From positions 1 to 27,207 of IMG/VR virus record IMGVR_UViG_3300048850_000107: a stretch of DNA of 27,207 bases; one strand, given 5' to 3'. Source of the stretch: a virus. Taxonomy: Duplodnaviria; Caudoviricetes. A model generated the notes under the pieces. That model was not told where the DNA came from, searched no databases, and was given only the letters and a program-made list of their open reading frames with translations. The translations under genes and the position numbers were made by a program. Below are positions 1-8,322 of the stretch, one piece after another; position 1 is the first letter of the stretch; the number at the start of each line of letters is the position of its first letter.

Positions 1-570
1 TCGACCTGGAGCAGAGGACTTTGCAAACCATCGACAATCCGTTCGGCACGAGATTGTCACCCTTGTCTTAGGTACATTCTGTTACCTATGTCTTCGGGCT
101 GGACAAATGTCTGATTGGTAGCGGAGGTCCGTTCTGGTCAAAACAGACGACTTACGGGGCCAAACATCCTAAGCTACGGAACTTGGCAACGCGACCTAAT
201 CGCGGCGGTTGGCGCATACTCAAAAAAGCCAGTGTGTAACCCAGTCGCGCAGGGCAAGCCGGATGCGTTGCCTGATATAACGGCGCCCCGGCCCAGAGCG
301 GCTGAGACCGGCCCGGGAGGAACTGCGGTTACTGGGTAGCTCGCCAGCGTCAACCGGGAGCTTTTGCACAGGAACAGATTCGGCTCGCGCTTTAGCTGAT
401 TGAGTGCTAATTTACACTAAACTCATAAGTCGAAGAGCACACTTCGTCGCGCAAAGCGCTGCGGTCAGCTTCAACCTTTCACAGTCTGTTCAAGGGCCTA
501 CAGCTCTAAAGTAGTACGGGTGTTTTATTCAAATCTAATTTAAAGCGATTTGCATCTCTGGGAGGACAAC

Positions 571-1899
571 ATGGAACCCGAGGAATATCTTCGAGAAGAG
601 GATGAATTCTACTTCGAGACGATGGGGGCACCGGTCGCCCCCGGTTGCGGACCGGATAGTGATCCACCCACTCCGTATAATGGTCGTTACAACCTCGCAG
701 GTCCTCAAGTTGAGTTCGAGGCGGCTTGGTGGCTGGATGGCAATACCTTGCCCCGGGTAATCGCCCTTAGTGACGTGCGCGCCAAGATCGGTGACCCGCC
801 TCCGTTTTTTGAGAGCGAAGCCGAACTCCTGGCGGATCTTAATAGACTTCAGAATTATGTAACGAGGAGAGACGACTTACTACCCCAGGGATATCTCAGC
901 GATTTCCTAAACCTTCAGAAAGCTCCATTCGGAACCATCTACAATATCAACGCACCGCAGTACCGCCTGACCAATGTGAACAACCAGCATGAAAGAATCA
1001 CACGCGGTCTTCCCGTTGGATTACCGCGTGTGGTTGTGAGAAGGGGAAAAGAACTCGCGCGTATGTTCGAGAGCGAAACCCCCGGACTCTTTCATCAGCA
1101 CGCCCTCAACTGGCTACTTTATAGTCGGCCCGACGTTTCCCCGCCCCGGCAGGCACGGGTGTGGATGGCGCTCTACACGACCATTTACAGTGCGCTCGGA
1201 GCGGCCTGGTATTACAAGTGGGGTTATGGTGCCGATGACGAGGTTACGCCGAAGCAACCGAATATCAGCTTCCGTCTGCGACCTTACGAATACGTGCGCG
1301 ACCCGAATTTCGTGCTGTACGATCGTCGAGTCGCGGATAGCGGAAGCGTTTCAGGCAATCCACACAATAGCCCCTGCCCATCGCCGGGAACGCCCCGTCA
1401 TCCCGCCTATCCATCGGGCCATAGCACTTACAGTGCAGCAGCAAGCCGCATATTGGAGTATTTTTTCTCACCTCAAACCCTCGCTAGCGATGATACGAGC
1501 GTTTTTGCAGAACTCGCCAGGCTCCCCGCTAACACGCCTGCCGAGAGGCGCGCCCGCATCAACAGCAGCATCTACGCTGCCGCGCACCTCAGAAAGCTCA
1601 AGAACAACATCGGGCAAGCGCGGTTATTCGCAGGCGTCCACTGGATGCGGGACCACGAGTTTGGTCAAACTCTCGGGACCGCTATTGCCGACCTTATGAT
1701 CGAGCAGCTGAGAAGCGACTGCTTGCCCCCGATAGTACAGGGCGATGGCGTTACTCCGGTCAACCCAGCGGGAAGGGTTCCAACTGATCAGGAGGTCCTG
1801 CAGTCGCGAAGTATTCGACGGAATGCGTGTTCATATCCCGATACACACGACACCATTCCAACCCGCGATCGTAAGGTCGGGGGGTTCGTGGTCTTTTAG
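571..1899 (+). CDS. Vanadium-dependent haloperoxidase-like protein (PAP2 superfamily), ~442 aa
   Basis: All three PAP2/VHPO motifs are present: WYYKW...FRLRP, HPAYPSGHS and ARLFAGVHWMRD. ATG 571 follows GGAGG (561-565) and is preferred over TTG 550. Confidence 0.85.
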   Translation: MEPEEYLREEDEFYFETMGAPVAPGCGPDSDPPTPYNGRYNLAGPQVEFEAAWWLDGNTLPRVIALSDVRAKIGDPPPFFESEAELLADLNRLQNYVTRRDDLLPQGYLSDFLNLQKAPFGTIYNINAPQYRLTNVNNQHERITRGLPVGLPRVVVRRGKELARMFESETPGLFHQHALNWLLYSRPDVSPPRQARVWMALYTTIYSALGAAWYYKWGYGADDEVTPKQPNISFRLRPYEYVRDPNFVLYDRRVADSGSVSGNPHNSPCPSPGTPRHPAYPSGHSTYSAAASRILEYFFSPQTLASDDTSVFAELARLPANTPAERRARINSSIYAAAHLRKLKNNIGQARLFAGVHWMRDHEFGQTLGTAIADLMIEQLRSDCLPPIVQGDGVTPVNPAGRVPTDQEVLQSRSIRRNACSYPDTHDTIPTRDRKVGGFVVF

Positions 1900-1975
1900 C
1901 GGAGCTGAAGGACAGCCTGCCCGCGCGGGGTAGGTGGAAAGAGCAACCCGCCATCCGACGTGATGCAGGTAGGAA

Positions 1976-2004
1976 ACCCCGGCCACCTGCCGGGGTATTT
2001 CTTT
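1976..2004 (+). terminator. Probable rho-independent terminator of the haloperoxidase-like gene
   Basis: Perfect 8-bp stem ACCCCGGC-cacct-GCCGGGGT followed by ATTTCTTT, ~75 nt after the stop. Confidence 0.6.
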
Positions 2005-2204
2005 GAGCATGGGACAGGCTCTACCCATCCTTGCCGCACGCTGCCCGATGCGAGCTGCTTCCTCAACAAACACGTATCAGTTGACGAAATGCCGACCGAA
2101 CTTCGGCCTTCCCATAAGCGGGAAATCGACAGGTGAAGCAATCTGTGATAGCGCCCCATTCCGGGCCACCTGAATTACACGATTTCAACTACTTATGGGA
2201 AATC

Positions 2205-2344
2205 TGGACACATCATTTTCCAGCAACTTCATTATGTTTTTTTGGAAGAGTGTCCAGCCAGTAGAGCAGGCAAGCGGCTCCGTTGTAATTTTTCGGACAA
2301 ATTGAGCAGGTGACAGATCATTATGTTTTTGCCGAGCGTGTCCA
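2205..2344. repeat. Two imperfect ~52-bp direct units (2205-2256, 2294-2344)
   Basis: Both read (T/C)GGACA...TCATTATGTTTTT...GTGTCCA. TCATTATG starts 24 nt after the unit start in both; the period is 89 bp. Confidence 0.65.
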
Positions 2345-2746
2345 ACTGCACGGTAGCCAGTGACGCTTCGTACTCGCCGCCGCCACTGTCGAAATCCTAG
2401 CCTTTTCCCCTCTTTGCTTGGCAAGCCCTTCCATCCGACGTGCTTTGCCAACCGGTTCGGCAAAGTCACCCATGGTCAGTTTTGCCCCTAAGCAAGAGAC
2501 ATGCGAACAGCCGAAGGGCCCGCGCATTGCTGCGCAGGCCCTTCTTGTCTATTCAATTAATCAGCACATTTCCATCTACATAGTTCGAGTTGGACCGTCT
2601 CGAAATAGCCTAACCGTAGCTAGGCTCGTAGGTGCGTGAAGTCGGTCACGCGAAGCGCGCCCCCATAACCCTATCGTTGATATAAAGTCAAGGAGGACGT
2701 GTTAGCAACGATAGGAAACCTGAAAAAGTTCATGGTGGCAAGAGAT

Positions 2747-5416
2747 TTATTTAACGCAATCTGCATCGAGCACAAGATCGACCACAACCTTTCGTTCCGT
2801 TGGGCGCACTTCAACCACCCTGACTTTTACACGGTCTCCTACCTTAAAGGCCGAGATAGGAACGCCTCTTGGCAGCTGGTTAATATGCACCAACCCAGAA
2901 ACACTTCTATTGAAATCTACAAAGAAACCATACGGTTGGATGCGGGCGACCTTGCACTCTACGGTAGAGCCAGCCGGATAATCGGTCTTCGCGGTCGACC
3001 ATTCATGCATACCTAACTGGACCGCTGCTTCTAATATGCCTGCTTTTGCGCCCGAAAGGTCCACAAGATCTGCGAACTCGTTGGTATCGACAAAAGCTGC
3101 AGACTGAACTGCCTCGAGACGTATGCGCTCCAAATACTCGTGCGCCTCAGTTGCATTCTGCCAGCCGGTGACCAAGTTATAGTGCGAAGCCACATCGGAC
3201 ATCCGGCCAGCGATTCGTTCCGCGAGGCCGTGATCATCGAAATATATATCCTCGGCCACCGCCGCCCAATAGTTGACGTCTGACAGCAATTCCAAATGCA
3301 CGATACCGGCAGGTGATATCTTGACCAAGGTTGCATCGGTCAGATGGTCGACCTTGAAATCCTCGCTCAACACACAATGCCACCTGGCCAAGGACGTTAT
3401 TGCATCGATCACCGCGTCCCGCCCGAAGCCGTACGTGGCAAGGAAATTGACCATGTCGCGGATAGGAAAATATCCAACTACCCTGCTGGTCGAGCGCTTG
3501 TTACTCCTCTTTTCGAGCCACGCCAGGACAGATAGGTGCAGGAAGTAGTCCCGCGGACACGCGGCTTCCTTTGTGCCAAATAGGTTTCGAAGATAGGTTT
3601 TAGACCCATCGTAGTAACGCCGGTTCTGCCGCAGCAGCACACGTAGCATAATGTACAGCGGGATCTGATACGTGCCAGTAGCACGTTGAATCTTTAGAAT
3701 TTCACTCTCTGGAATATGCCCGCTATTGCAGAACTCCAGGAAAATCTCAAACGCGCGGCGGAGATTTCCCCCTGCAAGCCCTAAGACCAGACGGCTAACG
3801 GTGCGGTCTTCGGCGAAGATCGACGCCACAATAGCCGACAGGTACTTGGCTTGATCCGCGGCATTGTAATCAACATGCATTCCGTTCTGAAGTTCGTATC
3901 GGTAGGTCTTTGCGGAAGAGTGCAGCTGATTAAGGGCCATCTCAACACGCTTCGAAAGAACGTTGTGGAACGGTGGCGCTTCGATCCTAAACACCATGTC
4001 TTTCAACGCCGTGTCAAGCGGAGGTTCGTCGCTGTGATTGTCGTATGTTTCCTCGCGCAGAGGCAGAATTATCAACGCTTTGAATTCTCGCTGGAGCCAC
4101 TGCGCTGCCTCGAACATCAAAAGCTGCTCCTCAAGGAGCCGTTTGTCGCAGTTATCCAGCACGATGATCACCAATTTTCCACGTTCACCGCCGCAGTAAC
4201 GGCAATAAGCTTGCGCGGTGCGGTGTCGATCAGCTTTCAGGCTCTTAAATTCGTTGTACAACTCTGTATTGTATTGCGCAGAACCTTCTCCCAGAAGTTT
4301 TGAAGCCTGCTTGTTCCACGCATTGATTTCAACGCTATAGAGCGCCTTGCTCGTTTCCAGTTCATCGAAGTCAATGTCTGCAAAAGACGAGCGAATAGAC
4401 ATGATGATCTCTTCGCGCAGCCAATTGTAAATTTCCTCTCGATTCACCAGGGCAAAGTTCATATTTAGATGAACCCACAACGTTGCTTGTCGCAGATCGG
4501 CAGGAAGCGCAACTTCTTGCAGGTAGTCTACGAAGGTGGTTTTTCCGGCCCCTGCGCCACCGACTAGCAGCATCACCTTATGCTCTAATGATGCACGTGA
4601 TGCTTGAATCTTCTCCACTACTGGACTGGGCTTGCCGGTATCCTCAATCAGCTGCGCAGCGCCATGATTGAACGGCGACGCGGCCCTAATGATGGAGTCG
4701 ATTGGTTGAACGTATCGCGTTCTTCTTGAAGAGGTAATGTACGCCTCACGCACAACCTTCGCCCTCTCTTCCCGCGTCGCAGGCGTAAAGGTCTGTCTTA
4801 GGTCGGATGAGATTGTCGCGCCAAAGGTATTCATCCCCATCGGTTCGTCTTGTACGGACTGTCCACCGACCAAGGAGCGAGGCTTCCACGTCTTTTGCGG
4901 CGCGAGAGCACTATGAACTTTAGAAGCCAAGGCAGCTAACGCCTTCGCTCCTACAGCTTGAGACAGCCATTCCAAGTCTTGACTGTAGGGCTTTAGGGTC
5001 TCGACCTCGGTAATTAGCTCCGGACCTTGATGATCAGCCGGCCCAGCCCAGAGATCGACGCCATTTGATGCTATCACGAAGCTAACTGGCGCCACTCCTG
5101 ACGGATACATGGCGTTGAGTTCTGCAGCATAAAGCCGAGCTTCTCTGTATGCCTCTGCAAGATCTCGATCGCCAGCAGGCTTAGCCTCAATGATCGCCAA
5201 AGGTATGCCGCCAGATAGAAGGATGTAGTCCGGATAATAGACCTTTTTCAGCGCTCGCTTTTCAATAGTGAACTTCCGGATGTTCACTTTAGTCTGAATG
5301 TCAACCGGCGGAATTCCCAAACCATCAGGAGCAGGCGCAGTTAGAAGCTGAAACACAAACTTCTGCTCGACGTCACTTTCCGATTGGAATAGCTTCTTAG
5401 AACTTTTCTTATTCAA
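2747..5416 (-). CDS. HsdR_N-like PD-(D/E)xK nuclease fused to P-loop ATPase, probable winged helix and C-terminal S1 domain; putative defence protein
   Basis: Nuclease motifs ESDVEQKF, YPDYIL, IIEAK and EARLY. Walker A GGAGAGKTT, Walker B IIVLDNCD and GGNLRRA. C-terminal S1 pattern VECKVARIQPYGFFVDF..SGLVHINQL..FKVGDRVKVRVVEV. TTG 5416 follows GGGGGA; the ORF is open to TTG 5476. Confidence 0.85.
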   Translation of the reverse strand: MNKKSSKKLFQSESDVEQKFVFQLLTAPAPDGLGIPPVDIQTKVNIRKFTIEKRALKKVYYPDYILLSGGIPLAIIEAKPAGDRDLAEAYREARLYAAELNAMYPSGVAPVSFVIASNGVDLWAGPADHQGPELITEVETLKPYSQDLEWLSQAVGAKALAALASKVHSALAPQKTWKPRSLVGGQSVQDEPMGMNTFGATISSDLRQTFTPATREERAKVVREAYITSSRRTRYVQPIDSIIRAASPFNHGAAQLIEDTGKPSPVVEKIQASRASLEHKVMLLVGGAGAGKTTFVDYLQEVALPADLRQATLWVHLNMNFALVNREEIYNWLREEIIMSIRSSFADIDFDELETSKALYSVEINAWNKQASKLLGEGSAQYNTELYNEFKSLKADRHRTAQAYCRYCGGERGKLVIIVLDNCDKRLLEEQLLMFEAAQWLQREFKALIILPLREETYDNHSDEPPLDTALKDMVFRIEAPPFHNVLSKRVEMALNQLHSSAKTYRYELQNGMHVDYNAADQAKYLSAIVASIFAEDRTVSRLVLGLAGGNLRRAFEIFLEFCNSGHIPESEILKIQRATGTYQIPLYIMLRVLLRQNRRYYDGSKTYLRNLFGTKEAACPRDYFLHLSVLAWLEKRSNKRSTSRVVGYFPIRDMVNFLATYGFGRDAVIDAITSLARWHCVLSEDFKVDHLTDATLVKISPAGIVHLELLSDVNYWAAVAEDIYFDDHGLAERIAGRMSDVASHYNLVTGWQNATEAHEYLERIRLEAVQSAAFVDTNEFADLVDLSGAKAGILEAAVQLGMHEWSTAKTDYPAGSTVECKVARIQPYGFFVDFNRSVSGLVHINQLPRGVPISAFKVGDRVKVRVVEVRPTERKVVVDLVLDADCVK

Positions 5417-6003
5417 GGCGTTTCCCCCAGTCTCATTAGGAAAAAGATCATACGCCCCGGTTATGTAAAAATTCAAGCACAGCTAGTACTTCCATGCACC
5501 GCAGATGATTGGCGTCGCCACCGCTCCTAACATCGAGGAACAGCTTGCAGCGATGCGAGGACGCTAGCCTGACGCGGCGCGTGTGATGGCATTCGTGAGT
5601 AGGGTAGCCGTTCCAGATGAAAGAAAACTTCTAGTTGACCGCTAAATGAAGGCACCTGCTACCGGTCCGGGATTTCGGTAGCAGGGCGCCGGTGTGGAAC
5701 GTCCGCTATCGATTGCAGGTCACCATAAGCGGTCATTCCGTTCTTCGGCCCCTAACCGGCCATTCCTTCCGAGGCGAGCCGATGACCGCTCCTGGCGCTT
5801 CCTGCCCGTTCAGATCGATGACGGCAATGCCAGCTTTCCTGACAAAGCGGGACATCTGTGTCCGGTATCAATCCGGTTGACCAGTCTGCCGACGGGTGGG
5901 AGCAGTCTTTGATAGCGCCCCTGCGGGGCAACAGAATTTCGCGATTGGAATCACTTGCTGAATTGCGGGGCGCTCGTCAGCATCATTACCAGTTGACGGC
6001 GAT

Positions 6004-6049
6004 ATTCCTAATCTGGGGGTCGCGCGTTCGAATCGCGCCGGGATCACCA
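6004..6049 (+). other. att core: 3' half of tRNA-Arg(CCT), a truncated copy rather than a complete tRNA
   Basis: Anticodon loop TTCCTAA (CCT at 6007-6009), 3' anticodon stem TCTGG, T-arm GCGCG-TTCGAAT-CGCGC, acceptor 3' strand and CCA (6047-6049). Upstream sequence cannot supply the 5' stem, D-arm or 5' acceptor strand. Confidence 0.85.
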
Positions 6050-6088
6050 ATCCTCTCAATGACTTAGCCGAATACTGCCGCTCGATTT

Positions 6089-6176
6089 CGTGTGCCATGT
6101 ATTTACCAAATTTACCAGCATTTCCGGGCTTTTCCGAGCGTTAGCGGGAATTCGTTGGCGCACGATTGGCGCACGA
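6089..6176. repeat. Putative integrase arm-type binding sites
   Basis: Tandem TTGGCGCACGA x2 (6155-6176), an inverted near-copy CGTGTGCCA (6089-6097) and ATTTACCA x2 (6101-6117), all within 130 bp of the att core. Confidence 0.55.
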
Positions 6177-6259
6177 GACGTCGCAAAACGTGCCAGCGCT
6201 ATCTAGAAATGAAGCTATGAATCGCATCAATATCAAAGATCACAAGCAATGGAGCTTCC

Positions 6260-6970
6260 ATGTCCAATAGCAGGCTTCCTGAATTTCCCGATGAGGATGC
6301 ACGTGGCGTTGCCTATCATGTGGCGCAGACCGCCCTCGGAACGGCAGATATCGCCATTCCTGGGGCCGGCTATGCCCTTCAGCAGATCGTCGGCCATTTC
6401 GTTGGCGAACCTCTTGCTAAACGTCGCGAGGAATGGTTTCGCCTTGTTGGCGGAGCAATCGTTGAGCTCCAGCAGACTGTTGCCGATTTTGATCCGTCGA
6501 CTCTCTCGCAGAATGAAGAATTTATCAGTTGCGTCTACGAGGCCACGCACCTCGCGATGAAGACACATAGAGAGTTTAAGCGCGAAGCACTGAAGAACGC
6601 GATTGTAAACACGGCAATCGGCTTCACTCTGGATGAAGCGCTCCGCGGACGATTCATTTCTTGCATCGACCACTTTTCAGAGGCACATCTTCGGCTTCTG
6701 TCGGTACTACACAATCCTCGCGGATATGAGCCGTGCGTTACAGCGGCGAAGGCGACCCTTGCGGGGTCCCAATCCTCAGTTATCCGCGCTGAAATCAGTG
6801 AGCGCGAGATGCCTGCTGCTGTCTTCGCCACGGTAATCGCGGATCTGGATCGGGAGCGCTTCATCAACGGTTCTATTGGCGGCATGACGACCGGCGGAGA
6901 CACTCTATTGGCTAAGAGAACGACTGAGGTGGGTGACCTCTTCCTGAAATTTATCAGCCGCGATGAATGA
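6260..6970 (+). CDS. Hypothetical helical protein, 236 aa, resembling Abi-alpha/DUF4393-type proteins
   Basis: GGAG RBS at 6251-6254 and a long ORF. The pattern EEFIS..EA...AMKT...KREALKNAIVN...FISCIDHFSEAHLRLL and a wHTH-like end (RTTEVGDLFLKFI) were recognised by eye only. Confidence 0.65.
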   Translation: MSNSRLPEFPDEDARGVAYHVAQTALGTADIAIPGAGYALQQIVGHFVGEPLAKRREEWFRLVGGAIVELQQTVADFDPSTLSQNEEFISCVYEATHLAMKTHREFKREALKNAIVNTAIGFTLDEALRGRFISCIDHFSEAHLRLLSVLHNPRGYEPCVTAAKATLAGSQSSVIRAEISEREMPAAVFATVIADLDRERFINGSIGGMTTGGDTLLAKRTTEVGDLFLKFISRDE

Positions 6971-6973
6971 GTA

Positions 6974-7936
6974 TCAGAGCAGCTGATAAATTCTCACATC
7001 GTCGGCGGCCGCACGAATACCTTTGAATGAAGCGTGTCGTAGCTTCCCGTCATCTGTCCAGGCGCGATACTCGACTTCCGCAACGAGCATCGGCTCGACA
7101 AAAACGGCATTTTTCCGCTTTAAGGTAACCGTCGTAGTTTTTGTCACAAGGCCTTCCAGCAGGTTGCGCAGCTCCCGCGACAACCGCATCCGCCGACATA
7201 GACGAGATCAGCGCCCTTGCGCGCCGCCAGCAGCAGCCGGCCGAGATGACCCGGCACGGTCGACGGCTCGAAGCCGACGATGACGAAGCTATCCCGGCGT
7301 TTGCAGGTGATCTTCTGCCACCAGTCGCCGCGGCCGGAGCGATAGGGCTTCCCGACGTGCTTGGCGATGATGCCTTCGAGGCCGTGCGCGCACGCTAGGC
7401 GGAAGAACTCGTCGCCGTCGGCCTGGACCTCTTCTGAAAGGCGAACGGCCCCGTGCCGGCCAACGACGAGCGGCTCGAGCAATCGCCGGCGCTCGCGTAG
7501 CGACAGCCGGCGCAGATCGCGGCCGTCGAGATAGAGCCAGGTCGAAGGCATAGAACACGATCGCACCTGCCTCGATCGCCGAAGGCAAGCGGCCGAGCGC
7601 CCGCTGCAGCATGCCGAAGTCCGACCGGCCTAGATCGTCGAGCACTACGGCTTCGCCGTCGAGGATTGCAGTCTTCACGGCCAAGCGCCGCGTGTCCTCT
7701 GCGATCGTTGGGAAACGCTCGGTCCAGTCATAGCCCCCGCGCGTGAGTACCCTCACCCGCCCGGTCTCGATGTGCACGGCCAATCGGTATCCGTCCCATT
7801 TCACCTCGTAGGCCCAGCCCGGCCCCTTCGGTGGCTTTTCGACGAGCGTCGCAAGGCAGGGATCTACACGAGCCGGCATCGCATCGGGAGATGGCTTATC
7901 GGTTTTCTTGGATGTCTTTCTTGCCACGAGAGACAT
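6974..7936 (-). pseudogene. ligD: ATP-dependent DNA ligase (LigD ligase domain plus OB fold), broken by two frameshifts
   Basis: Motifs EVKWDGYR, ILDGEAV and FYAFDL are in one frame. YLDGRDLR, GLEGIIAK and LVYVGGCG are in a second. FVEPMLVAEVEYRAWTDDGKLRHASFKGIR is in a third. Breaks lie near 7537 and 7182. Confidence 0.88.
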
Positions 7937-8023
7937 CGTAGCTCAGCGCGCGCTTCAGCAAAAGCTGCCCAGGCAGCATTCGGCGTTCAAGACGCGGCCG
8001 CCTTTTCCGTTCGGGGCTATGCG

Positions 8024-8311
8024 ATGGGCGCCATCCGCGATGGCTGGTGGGCGTTCATCTCAAGCCGTCGGCGAAAACCCAATGAGGACTTGGTTGATGA
8101 GCTTTGCATTGCGCGCACGAGAGCGGGCAGGACGCTTCTACGATTCCTGCGGAAGGGCCGGACACCGGGCACCTGGGATTTGGTCTCCGTAACAGGCGAT
8201 CCGCTCCTTGATCAGGAACTGGAATGGGCAGAGCGCGTGATCTGGCTTGAACCGCACAGGATCACCCACACCGAAATTGACGCCCTCCAGGAGATTGAGA
8301 GCGTCGAATAG
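8024..8311 (+). CDS. Hypothetical protein, ~95 aa
   Basis: 3' part of track ORF 7772-8311 from ATG 8024 (MGAIRDGWW...). It fills the gap divergent from the ligase without overlap. Confidence 0.5.
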   Translation: MGAIRDGWWAFISSRRRKPNEDLVDELCIARTRAGRTLLRFLRKGRTPGTWDLVSVTGDPLLDQELEWAERVIWLEPHRITHTEIDALQEIESVE

Positions 8312-8322
8312 TGGCGGGCGGA

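Larger units (their letters stand above)
1..6049. mobile_element. Right end of a putative tRNA-Arg(CCT)-integrated genomic island; extends beyond the window to the left
   Basis: Lies 5' of a tRNA 3' fragment, the side an integrated element occupies. It is visibly more AT-rich than the phage genes, has low coding density and carries accessory genes only. No integrase is in the window. Confidence 0.5.

Noticed and set aside
115-339. 74-aa ORF
   Set aside because: TTG start, no RBS and no recognisable motif.
392-410. GAGTGCTAA, the right arm of a CIRCE element, within TTAGC-N9-GCTAA
   Set aside because: The left arm TTAGCACTC is absent at the required 9-nt spacing.
2205-2344. Possible mini-CRISPR array
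   Set aside because: Only two imperfect units, no cas genes and no third copy at the 89-bp period.
2185-2639. Short ORFs in the gap between the two island genes
   Set aside because: They overlap each other, have no motifs and run through the non-coding-looking repeat units.
2747-5476. Type I restriction subunit HsdR
   Set aside because: Only the nuclease domain matches; there are no DEAD-box translocase motifs and no hsdM/hsdS nearby.
1951-5921. Isolated 12-bp direct matches CCATCCGACGTG (1951, 2431) and TGATAGCGCCCC (2146, 5910)
   Set aside because: About one 12-mer match is expected by chance in 6 kb, and the flanks do not extend convincingly.
5975-6049. Complete tRNA-Arg gene
   Set aside because: The 5' half is missing: no D-arm, no 5' acceptor strand, and the anticodon stem cannot pair.
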